DNA from: Podarcis cretensis | Taxonomy: Eukaryota | DNA length: 64,000 bases | Direction of reading: 5' to 3' | Assembly: GCA_951804945.1 (NCBI GenBank) | Contig: OX638150.1 | Span: 49,290,001 to 49,354,000, forward strand | Shown here: positions 34,275 through 46,200 of the stretch, piece after piece | How the letters are laid out: every line of letters starts with the position of its first letter | Position numbering within the stretch: the stretch's first letter is position 1 | Notes under the pieces: model-generated | The model's input: the letters and a program-made list of their open reading frames with translations, nothing else | Database searches by the model: none | What the model was told of the DNA's origin: nothing | Translations under genes and position numbers: made by a program

Positions 34275-37200
34275 GTATGTATCATGCAAGCTCCTCTCTG
34301 GGGTTTTCCTCCTCTGCAGGATGTGGGGAGAAGTGCTGCAATGCATGAAGATAAATCAACTTGGTCAGCAAAAAACCCCAAAAATTGAAACAACAAAATA
34401 GCTGTTTTGTGCCTTGTCTGATGGGTCTGTGCTGAACACGCACATAAGAAGGTTTCATTGATACTTGCTTCCAATCAATCTTTGCCTAGTGCTGTTTCCC
34501 TATTCTTGTGGAAAGTCCTGTGGAACTAACTAAATTTAAAGCTGTAAACTATAAAAACAACCCTTTGTCTTGCGATAACCAAACTGGAATCTTAGACATT
34601 CGAGTTCTTCTTAGACATTGACTCAGTTATGCAAGTTGTCCTCTTATTGGCTCTGTTATAAACAGGAAATGGAAAGGGAGCAAGCACATTTTCAGAAACA
34701 TACTATATGTACTGTGCTCCTGAGACACTTGTTTTACTGGTTCTGGGTGTGATCTTTGGCCGCATCATGCAGTCACCTAGCTGGGTCTTGTCAGTGCTTA
34801 AAAATCCCCTGTTGATTACATGATGGAACAAAAGGCAGGAAATAAATGTGCTAAATAACTGAACTTGTACTTATGTGTTGTGTAGATTGTTTAGTCCACT
34901 GCTTTTAAAATCTTCTTGTTGAGATTGTTCATTCATTTTCCAGTGGTAATATAATTATAACCCACAGCAAACTACCAACTAATTACCATGAACTGTGCTG
35001 AGTTAGGAGACTTTCATGTGAGAAATCATTAAATGATTGAACATGGCCAAATCTTAAACATTCAACCCCATTTTGAAACTTAGGAAAGGCCGTAGCTCAG
35101 TACATGCAAAAGGTCCCAAGTTCAATCTTCTGGTAGGCTGGAGGAAACTCCCGTTTGAGCCATTGCCAATCTGTAGACAATACAAACCTAGCTGGATTGA
35201 TTGACTGTCTAAGTCAGCTGTGTATGTTCCTGTGCTGATGACAGGGCAATCTATACATTCTGATTTGCTTGATGTTGTATGAAATTATTTGGATTTCTGG
35301 AAGAAATGCCAGAAGCAAAATACAATTGAGTTTCAGTGCAATGATATAGTAACATTGCAAAATTATTCAAAACTCATACTAAGCTTGGTAGATAGCTCCT
35401 TTTGCAAAACTAAAGAACCAGGATACTGACTTCTCTCTTGTGAATGATCAGAAGCCTCTTGCTGCCTTCTGAAAAGATTCTTGGGCCCAGTGCTTGAATT
35501 ACTCTGGAAAAATACTACCACATACAAAATACATAGCACCTACCATTGTCTGTATATGTACTGAATATATTTTATAATTCTACTAGTACATAGTTCATAT
35601 CTCTAAAGAGCATATAATTTATGAGCAATCCTGCACTAACTATGGAAGATGAATCCTAATCATCTTAAGGTTTTACAATTGCAGTAAAACAAAGGTGGAG
35701 CCTTGAATGTGTTGATACAAATAATTTAATTGATGGTGCTCAAGAGAAATGAATAGAGCCAACAGTCACAAGAAATTTGATTTTTGTCAGGTAAAATCCA
35801 GTTATGTCTGCGTCTTACACAAATGGGGACTTCACCTCACTCTTCTCCCCACTGAGCCCCCAGAAGACCTGGAACTCTATTTGTGTGGCATATGTTTTTC
35901 CGCTTGGTCTTCCTTTAGACCTAGAGTAGACCCACAAATTGTGCTAGTTTCATCATTAAGACCAGATGCCAAGATTTGCTAAACCATACAATTTCGATAG
36001 TCAATAGGGGTAAATGTCAACAAGCACCAATTACAATTCTTGCAGCTGTTACAGCCCATAGAGGATTTAATGGTCAGGCTGAATTGCATTTTTAAATATA
36101 CACTTCAGATTTAGCTGTAAGGAATATTGATGGTTTTGCTTATAATGGCAATGATTTGGGAGTTTTAATCTTTTTTTTTTTTTTTTAAAAAGAACTTTTT
36201 TCACATTATCACCACATATGTTAATGGAGCATTCTTCCAAAAGAGATTTGACAGGCACCCTCACTTTTGACTTTCAAGAATCGCCTGAAGACCTTTCTAG
36301 CTGTTTCTTTTTTTATTATTTTTGCTAGCCAGTCACGTTAATTATTATCTATATTGTTTTTAATGGAGCTTCATACTGTACACCACCCTGCTTTCATAAA
36401 ATGTTGGTATAGATATTCTTTTATAAATGAATTAAAAATAAATAGGAAGTGAGCAGCACATTTCTCACACTACAGTGGTACCTCGGAAGTCGAATGGGAT
36501 CCGTTCTGGAAGTCTGCTTGACTTCCAAAATGTTTGGAAATCAAGGCGTGGCTTCTGATTGGCTGCAGGAAGCTCCAGAAGCCATGGAAGCCGCGTCGGA
36601 CATTCAGGTTCCAAAGAATGCAAAACGGAACACTCACTTCCGGGTTTGCAGCGTTCGGGAGCCAAAACGTTAGACTCGCAACGCGTTCGGGATCCAAGGT
36701 ACGACTGTATAGGTATCTTTTTGCTAAATGCTGTGGTGTTAGATAAATAAAGTATGGCACTTTAAAATGATTTTCATTTAAGTGGAGGCAAGTGTTGGAA
36801 AAGTTGGATTTTTTTAGGGCTGAGCAACTAAGGAGACTTCAAGAGTTTGAACTGGAATATAGGTGGCTAACCTATGATTCTCCAGCTGTTACTGGGAGTT
36901 GGCAATTAGCTGGAAGGCCACATGTTAGTCACCCCCAAATTAGAAAACGGCTGTCCTGACTGTATATACTTGATTTGTTTGTTAAGTCCATGGAAACATT
37001 CCAAAAGTTCACACTGAAACCAGGCCAGGACTCTGAAAGTTTAGTTGTTTTTCTTTTCCCTGTTAGCATCATTGATTCTCCTCCAGGAGCTTTAAAAAAC
37101 ATGATAATGAAGCAAGCATGGATCACAAGCAAGTGCCACAAAAGGAAGTTGTGAGACTTCAACTGTGGTTTATATATTCAATCCAGGACAGCGCTGAAAA

Positions 37201-40200
37201 AGTAATGTGAATCAGGTTTCATCTGCAGAGGTCCCATTCTTGTCTCTCTTCTATTTTTTTTGAGGGGTGGGGAGATAGTATTAATGGATTGTAATGCAGA
37301 GGGCGATGGTTGGATTTGCTTCCCCCAGACATGCAAATTAAAGAAAAGCCATTTCTTTCCGAGAAAATGTCTGAATTCCACCTCCCCCTGTACAAAATGG
37401 AAGAGCACTTTGAAGAAATTTCTACACATATTCTCTGCCGTTTTTGTTGTGGTGGAAGCTGTCCCCCCCCCTTCCTCCCCCGGTGAATGATGCTGTGTAA
37501 TGATGCTAGGCCCAGGACACTGTGGAGCATGAAAAATGGGGATCAAGCTGCCAATACATTTGTGGTTGTTATCACTTGGAGAGGCAGAAAAAGAAAAGGT
37601 GCTATACTCTGCATGCGAAAATTGGACAATATCTCACCACCCCTGGATAAATTTGAAGGACCCCACCCTCATTATCTTGTCTACAAATAGAGGAGAGAGT
37701 TTTGATAGGCTATCTGCTTCAATACAAATACAGTGGTACCTCGGGTTAAGTACCTGAAACTGTACCTCGGGTTAAGTGCCTGAAACTGTTCTTAACCTGA
37801 AGCACCACTTTAGCTAATGGGGCCTCCTGCTGCTGCCGCACCACCGGAGCACAATTGTTATGGGCTTGCTATCATATTTCTGTGAACAAGACTGTGACAA
37901 TACCTTGCCAAAATGTTGAACTTGACAAAGGTAGTTTTAACAGCCCTCAATAGGGGCTAATGGTTGGGAGATTGCTTAGTGATGGAGGACTACTCTAAAA
38001 TGGTCAGAGAAAGGGACATGGGCATACCTTCTCCCACAGCTCCCATAAAGTAGGTTTCTCTGTGTAAAGAACAACAGAAATTGCAGTTGTGAGTAGGAGA
38101 CTAAGGCAGACTGTGAGAGAAACAGAGTGGTCTGAGTTCAGTTTTGGGGGCTTTGTAAGCTAGCAGCACTGGGTGAGTGGGCAAGTGTTCCTTGCTACAG
38201 ATCTGATGTAGGGTTGCTGTTTAAGCTGTCCATGACCACCTCTGCTCAACCCACCTATCAACAAATTCTACAAATTTGTAAGTAAACTCTGTTACAAAGC
38301 AACTTATGTATCCAGTGATCCCTCCTTCCAAATGAAATCAAACCCAGGCAGTTCTCACTGCTCAGGGAAGTGGGACACACATAGCCACAACATGTTGTGC
38401 TAACCAATAGTAAAATCAGCTGTGGCATCTTAAGGATCAGTAAATACAGTGTGCCATGAGCTTTCATGGTCCGGAAAAGTGTTGTTTTCAGCTGGCAGAC
38501 ATACACACACGCACCTCTGCCAACTCAGGATGACACTTCCAAGTATTTGACAAGTGGCACTGGACTGCAGAAGCTTACGCCACAATGCATTTCTTTGACC
38601 TTCAGGTGCCAAACTACTTTTGCTTTTTACTACAATAGACATCCAGCTGGGAATTGTTAACTGATAGGAGTTTTAATGGGTCCTACCTCCTCTTTGGGAT
38701 TCAGGAATTTGTTTATAGTGCTCTGTATATCTTGGCTCCAACAAAACATGCATGTTCGTGCTTTATTCCCCCTTTCCCTTTTTTTAAGTAAAGAAAAGAA
38801 ACAGGACCTTTGTACTTTCAAATGACTTTAAGCTGTAAGTTTCCACTTACTCAGAAAACATCAAGCTTGCAAAACCACTTCCTTTGTCAGTTGGTTGATG
38901 TCACCATACTAACCCTTTGTAAAAAGAAAAAAGAAAAAAGAAAAAAAAGGTACCACTGGGAAGCAATGCAATATTATGTTAACACAACCATGCTCTGAAC
39001 ATTTAGGTTTTTTTTTCTTTAAATGAGCACGACGAGTAGTGATGGCTTAAAGGACAGAATGCACTCCCCCTCCCCTTCATCTGGTTTTTGAAAGCTTCTT
39101 TTAAATGCCAAAATCCATAGGAAATAGTTTAGTTGTTGGTATTTATTATTGTTGTTGTTTTGTTTCTTATACCCTCTCATTCAAATCCAGGACAGCTAAC
39201 AATAAAGGTATAGCTTTTTTTTTAAAAAAAAAGAAGTACAGTGTGACAAGTCAGTATTTGTTTGATTCTCATTTGTCTTAGATTGCTACCCAAATATTGG
39301 ATCATGGAAATACATTATCTGCATATTCTAGCAAATCCCTCAACTGTCCTGATTAAATCGGGAATCGTGTTATGGGGGCTGTGCTCTCACGTGGAAACAT
39401 GGCGCCATAAGGGGCACATTCTGGTTTCCGTGGCAACATGTTGGAGGGTATGGACTAGCAGTATGCAAGTACCTGTATACCTTTATAGGTGGTCAAAAGG
39501 CCATACCCAGAAGTCAGAAGTACTTTTAAAGTGTTTTTGAGAGGGAGAAAGAGAACCTTAAGGTAAACTTTCCTCAGCTACAGCCAGCTGCGAGGTTGGA
39601 GAAGGAATGGTGAGGAAGAACAGAACAAAAATGGAAGACGAAGTGATGTAAAAGCTAAAGTACTTAAATATTAAACACTTTTAGGTTGTTATTCATGAAA
39701 CTGACCATTTTGTGGAAGGGTCACTGTTTTAACTTAAGAAGAATGGAATACAATGTATCACAAGAACAGCTTAATAAAACATGGCTATAGAAATTGTATT
39801 GAGCTGGTACCATGATTAGAACTAAATTACATCAAATACTCTGGATATCTGAATCTGGGTCACAGGGTATGTTTAGAGTTCTAAAAGGGGCGGCCAAATG
39901 TGAGAACAAAATGCACTAAAGTTTTGTTTTTAATTGTTGCTGAGATGTACTGTTTTTGTTTTGTTTTGTGGCTGCTATAACTTGAAACAGCCTTCTGTAG
40001 CTTTTTCTGTATTTTGGCCAAAAGCACTGGAAAGAATGCCAAGATTGATTTCTGAATGGCAGCGAATTAGGGGGACAAGAGGAGAACTCAGAACAATTTG
40101 AAGCTATTAAGTGTGTTCAGGACTTCAGTAAATTGACGCTTTAAGGCTATTCTGCCCAAGCCAATTTATTTAAGATTGAAGGCCCAATTCTCACTTTGGA

Positions 40201-43200
40201 ACAAGTCTAATTCTCACTCCTATCTTCCAAGTTGATTTAATAAAAATTGCAGATTTGATTTACAAATGGTATTATGCTTTGGCTTAGACAAGCGTACTTG
40301 ACAGTACATTGGCTTGTATCCAAAAGTGCTGTTTCACAAGCAGAAAGCACATCACCTCAACCAGTGCAAGGTTAATACCGGCTTTGAGGCAGGCTGCCAA
40401 TAACTATGGATGCTGGATTATTTGGAGTTTATATGGTTTTATTCCTATAATTGTTTTATAATTGTTTATGAAGTATTTCATTACCCTTTGTTTACTGCTC
40501 TGGAGTTTTCAAAACAAAATGTTTTGAAAAATAAAAGCAGTTTTGAGAAATAAAACAGTAAACAAATTAAAAAGGTAGCTCTCTTATCCCTCCTCCTCAG
40601 GTGCAAGTCTCTCTTAGTGTGTGGTTAGAAAACAGTCTATAAAGATTGCCACACCCTTTAGTTGCTTTATTTTGGAGACATATTACTTCAGCTTGCTATC
40701 TGCATATATTTCTTATGATTTATATTTCAGGTGTGAATTTCCAATTTCCACATTTTATGGAGATGTCTTTTGCAAGTGAGGCAGAGAACTGAACCTTCAT
40801 ATTCAGCTTATTTAATATTTATTGCTGTGCTTCTATTTAAAATAATGTTGACTCTCAAAATAATCTTTATAATCCCATATTAAGTTGGATCACATGCAAT
40901 GCTAAGATATAGCAGGGCTGCCATACGTCCTGATTTTCCAGGACATTCTTGTAGCATTTACTAAAAAAACTCAACAACTTTCGGGTTGTCTTGGATCTTA
41001 CTTTTTGAAATATGGCAACTCTAAGCTATAGTTTGGTGTTACATGCATGAGCTTTAAAGGTTGGGCCTTCCTTTCTGATATGGCTGTTTTGAAGAAATCA
41101 GAAGATTTTGCTTTCGCTTTCAACTGTCATTACTTTATTATGTCCAAAGTCAGACAGACTGTAGCTAGTCTTAACTATGGTTTAGGAAAGCAAGGCAATT
41201 TCAGACTGGAGTTGGTGATTCTGGTTTGTCTTTTTAAAGCGTACTTTACACTAACCACAGTTCTTTGTTCGGATCTAGCAAGCTTCCAGATTTCTTGTAA
41301 CTGCACCAAAGGAGGAAAAGGGAGTGGGTAGCAAGCAAGCAAGTTCAAGGCTTGCCCCCATAGCACCAAATTGTGGTTTAGCATCTTGTCTGAAACACAG
41401 CTCTTGTGTTTAAAATGTTAATTTGATTGAATCCATAACAGCTCATTCTGTATTTTCACAGCTTTAGTTGAAGGAGTGTTATTTTTAATGTAAATAAGTA
41501 TATAGGTAATTTTTTATTTTGTCTACTGCGTCCACCCCTTGGTGCTGATGTAGTACATGTTGTTGATACTATTTCTGTTGTCTGTTTAACCGTAATAAAG
41601 ATTGATTGAGTGATTGTATTTTCACAGCAATATCCAATTTCAGAGCTGCAAGAGTACCACAGCTATCTCTGCATATTGGTGATGTAGTCCATATACTGGA
41701 AGACTGTGAAGGTGAGAAATAATTTTTGGTTTGTATCTTGCATCATCACATTGAGTTATGAGCTCATTGGAGAGAGAAAAATCCTGAGACAATGCTTATA
41801 TTACTGTTGTCTTGAAACATGCAGCCATCATGCCTGCATATTTAGAAGCATATTTGTTCACTGAGTGCATTTTTGGTGAATTAATGAGACATTAATGAGA
41901 TTTTACTCTTATCCAGATGTGACTTACCTCCTTACACTGAAACTGTGATGTCTGTATTATGAATACAATGATATTAATTATTAGGAGGTGAAACTTGTTT
42001 AACTTGCCTCTTTTTTTCCTGCTTGTGGGTTTTATGTGTGGGTTTTGTGGTAAAACCATCAGAACTAACATAAGCAGAACAACACTTCTTAATAAATAAA
42101 AACAGCCTTAATTCTGCTAGTGGTTTTGGTTAAATGATAACCAGAAATGTTTTATCCATAGCTGTAGCCATAAAACAGGCTTTGTAGTTTTTTGTAATGT
42201 GGCAGTATTACAAACAACTATGCTTGTGGAGAGAGATACCAACATATGAACTCAAATAAACATGATTTTTAAAAATACGATATATTAACTATGAAACAGA
42301 AGGAGACCTTCTGGTGCTCTTGTGGCCATGCAGCACGTGCACACTGAAATATTCAGTGTGACTGAGAGGCTGAGGAGCTGCAGTACTTGCTCCAATTGAT
42401 TCTCTAGTTTGACTGCAATTGCACATGTTTGTTTAGTTAATGAGTCTTTCACATTGCCTGTTTTTCCAAACTTAGTTTGCTTTCCAAATGATATTGCCCA
42501 ATGCCTCTGTAGCTTAGCAAGAGTCTAGGATAGGGTGGCCAAACAAAGTATGGTTAAGCAAGGTTGTTGGGTTCAGGCATGGCACCAAAATCATAGGTAA
42601 AGCAAGCTATGGCTGGTATGCTGGCAAGAAACCATGGCTTCTCATCATTGTTGCCAGAAAAGAAACCATGGTTAATCTGCTAGGCTAGGTTCGGACAAAT
42701 CATATTTAGGCTAAACAAACCAAGGTTTAGTTATATGTCTGAACCAAACCAATATTTAATTTGCTCTGGGCTTTTCTTAGTAGTGTTGTATAATTTTAAC
42801 CATCTGGGGGGTTTTTTAATTAAAAAGTTTTGTGTTGTAACCCACTCTGGGTTCAGTAGTAGGATAGTGAGAAACAAACAAACAATCTCCATGGAACGGC
42901 CATGTTCTCCATCTGTTTGAAAGGTGGATGAGAAGCAGGAGAGTGACCTCCTTCCTTGTCCTTCACTCTTCAACCAAGTAGCACCTGTGGTGGTAGTTCC
43001 ATGCAGCAGTAGGTTTCCCTTATTATCTTGAAACAAAAAAAATGTGATTTTGCTCTGTTCCTTTTTAATTCAGAGATTTTTTTTTCTTATTCATTCTCAA
43101 GGGATGGCATTCTTTCAGGGGTTATAAAGCTTGAGAAAATACAACTTTTGGATTTCATAAATGCACTGTTAACATGTGAAGGTTGTGTGCTCAAAAATGA

Positions 43201-46200
43201 AACACAAAACTGCTGGACTGAAAGCCAGTACTGGAAAAAAAATAATGAGATGGCACAGTTGATCTGAACAAAGGTCGACAGCCCCAGAGAGATGTTCTGT
43301 AGGTTTATGTCACAGATGAGATTAGCGCAGATATGAAAAAGTTACTCAATGTGTTTATAACATATTTCTTACCAGAAGAGGTCTCTCTTGAGCTACAAAC
43401 ATTGACCTGAGAGCCTTAAAAAGCATTTTCTTCAAAATATAGTTACAGTGGTACCTCTGGTTAAGAACTTAATTTGTTCCGGAGGTCCGTTTGTAACCTG
43501 AAACCGTTCTTAACCTGAGGTACCACTGTGGCTAATGGGGCCTCCCACTGCCGCCACATGATTTCTGTTCTCATCCTGAGGTAAAGTTCTTAACCTGAGG
43601 TACTACTTCTGGGTTAGCGGAGTCTGTAACCTGAAGTGTCTGTAACCCGAGGTGTCTGTAACCCGAGGTACCACTGTATTTCAGGGAGAGTTAACTGACA
43701 CCCCATAAGCAGCATTATGTCTGCAGGGTGTTTTCTTTTCTTTTCTTTTCTTTTTTGCCTTGGGTCCTGTGATTCACACATCATACCTTGATTGCCTCAT
43801 CCTGTGAAGGATGTACTCAGTGGTGCACTTAGAAAACTTTCGACTCTAGATTTAATTTTCTTGTGGAGGGACCATTTTTAGATGGTAATGTGTATTGCGC
43901 TGCTTGCTTCAAAATCTGATAAGGCAGCTCTAGTGTGTTTGGAAGCCCTGGAAATCCCACAGGGTGTGCTTCAAATATTTCCCCCTTGTGTATTGCCCTT
44001 CCCTATTCTCCAGAATTGCCTCAACTTCCACTTCTGACAGTTACCAAAGATGGATGAGTGTCTGGGTTCCTTATTTTGTTTTTTTGACCACTTGCCAGCG
44101 AGCTTCCAGGTTCAAAGAGGGACAAGCTAGGATGCCAAACAGGGGAAGTGAGGCACTTCTGATCATGCTGAACTGTCTCACAACAGTAAGAGTTCCTAGC
44201 AGCCGAAAGTTAACATCTAACGTTTGCCTTTTAGCAACTGTTCTCCAGGCCTGTGCAGAGCTTGTCTGAGGCCTGGGGTGGGAGTCTTGTTCTTGGCGTG
44301 ACAGTGTAAGTCCAGCAGGCCATGGATGAGGCCTCCTCGGCATGATTATAGCCCTCTGAGGCTTGGGGACAAGTATATCTGGCTGCCCCCACTCTGCACA
44401 GGCCTGACAATCTAAGTGATTAGCACTTTTAATGGCCTAACCCTATAGTGTTAAAGTCTGACTTTAAGGCTGACAAACATGGCCTTTTGGGGCTTTAAGT
44501 GTGCCTTGACACAATAATTAATACTGGTTGCTAAGGGAAATGCTTGAGCTTTTCCCCATAGCAGAGAAGATCTGGCTATGCTGCAACATGGCTGTACAGC
44601 AGAGCTTCCGCCGTGTCCTGGATGCTGTCGGTGAAGCTATGCTTAGGCTCAGGTGGCTTTTCCCTCTAGGAAATGACTGTCAAAGCAATTCTGGCTCCCA
44701 CTGGTAGATTATAGTCTAGTCCGACAGGCCTACAAGGCAAAGCAACCTCTGAAAAGGATGCTGTTGTGCCTCCTGACTGGAGGACTGAACAAGACATGAA
44801 AGCTATAATCAGAGCATGGGGGGGGGGGATCAGCTAGGAGAGAAGTAACATTGCTGCTCGCCCCTCAACCCAGATTACTTTGGCATATTGCCCTCTCCCC
44901 TTCACTATATATACAATGTGGTTACACGTGAAGGAGAGAAAATTTGGGGGAATTTTAGGTAAGAAAAAAGGTAAGCGGGAAGCATGAAAGAGTTGCATTA
45001 TATTATGCATACAGTGTGTGGAGAAAGTGGACACAGATAATTTTTTCTCCCTGTCATCATACTGAACCCCGGGGTTGCCCAATGAAACTGAGTATTGAGA
45101 GATTCAGGGCAGAAGTACCGGTACTTCATACAGGACACATAGTTAAACAGTGGTTTTTGCTTTCATAAGATGTAGTCATGGGCACCAACTCAGCCTTTTG
45201 AGGGGATTAGACAAATTCATGGAGGATAAGGTTATCCATGGCTCTGAGTCTGGATGGCTATATATTACTTCCGGGGCAAGATCAAACTACAGTGCTCTTC
45301 TAAAATCTTTAAAAAGGCAGATTTGGTTCATAAAAGGGATTTATGGCATGAACCCATCACTGGTGATTTTTAGAAGAACTCTTTAGATTTTTTAAAATTT
45401 GCACCCACTTCCTTTTTGTTATTTGGTGTGTCTTCATTAAGTTGTGTCCTGAGGATTTACTGCTCATCAAAGGGTGTAATGTGGATTTTAACTTTATTCT
45501 TTTTATATTGCTATGCTAATTGTGTAAATTTTGTGTGCCTCCTTGCTCTGGCAATTGCCCTGAAAGGCATTTATGAATACTTTATTATGAACAAAGAAAC
45601 AAACACAAATACATACATACATACATACATACATACATACATACATACATACATACCAGTGATCCTCTTTCAACACAATTTAATCTATGCATACCAGGAA
45701 GTAAACTGCACTGTGTTCAGTGGGACTTACTCTCATGTAATCATGCATAGGATTGCTACCCTAGTTTTGCAGAAATTGAACGAATTGGCTCAATTTGGAC
45801 ATTGAAAATCATATAATAAGTAACTATGGTTTTGCTTTGACTTTTAGGTTGGTACAAAGGATACATTGTAAGACATAAAGGGGTAGAGGTAAGATTATTC
45901 TTATTGACTTTATTCTTTTTTTGTTGTTGATTATCTGTTTGATTTTTTTTTTTTGTAATAGACTATTACTTTATTCTTTCTTTTTCAGTGTGTGGAGTTT
46001 AATCCTGAGAAGAGTCACTGAATCTATGTCAGTGGCCAATATTTCAATAAGGAAATGAATGTTTTTGTACTATGAGAAAGGTAGATTAAATAACAAATAA
46101 TGGATTGACCCGCGTCCAACTTGTCGTATACACTGAAGGGATCATGTGTATCACAAATTGCAGTGCCCTTTAGCTAATTGAAACTGATGTAGCTGTTAAA

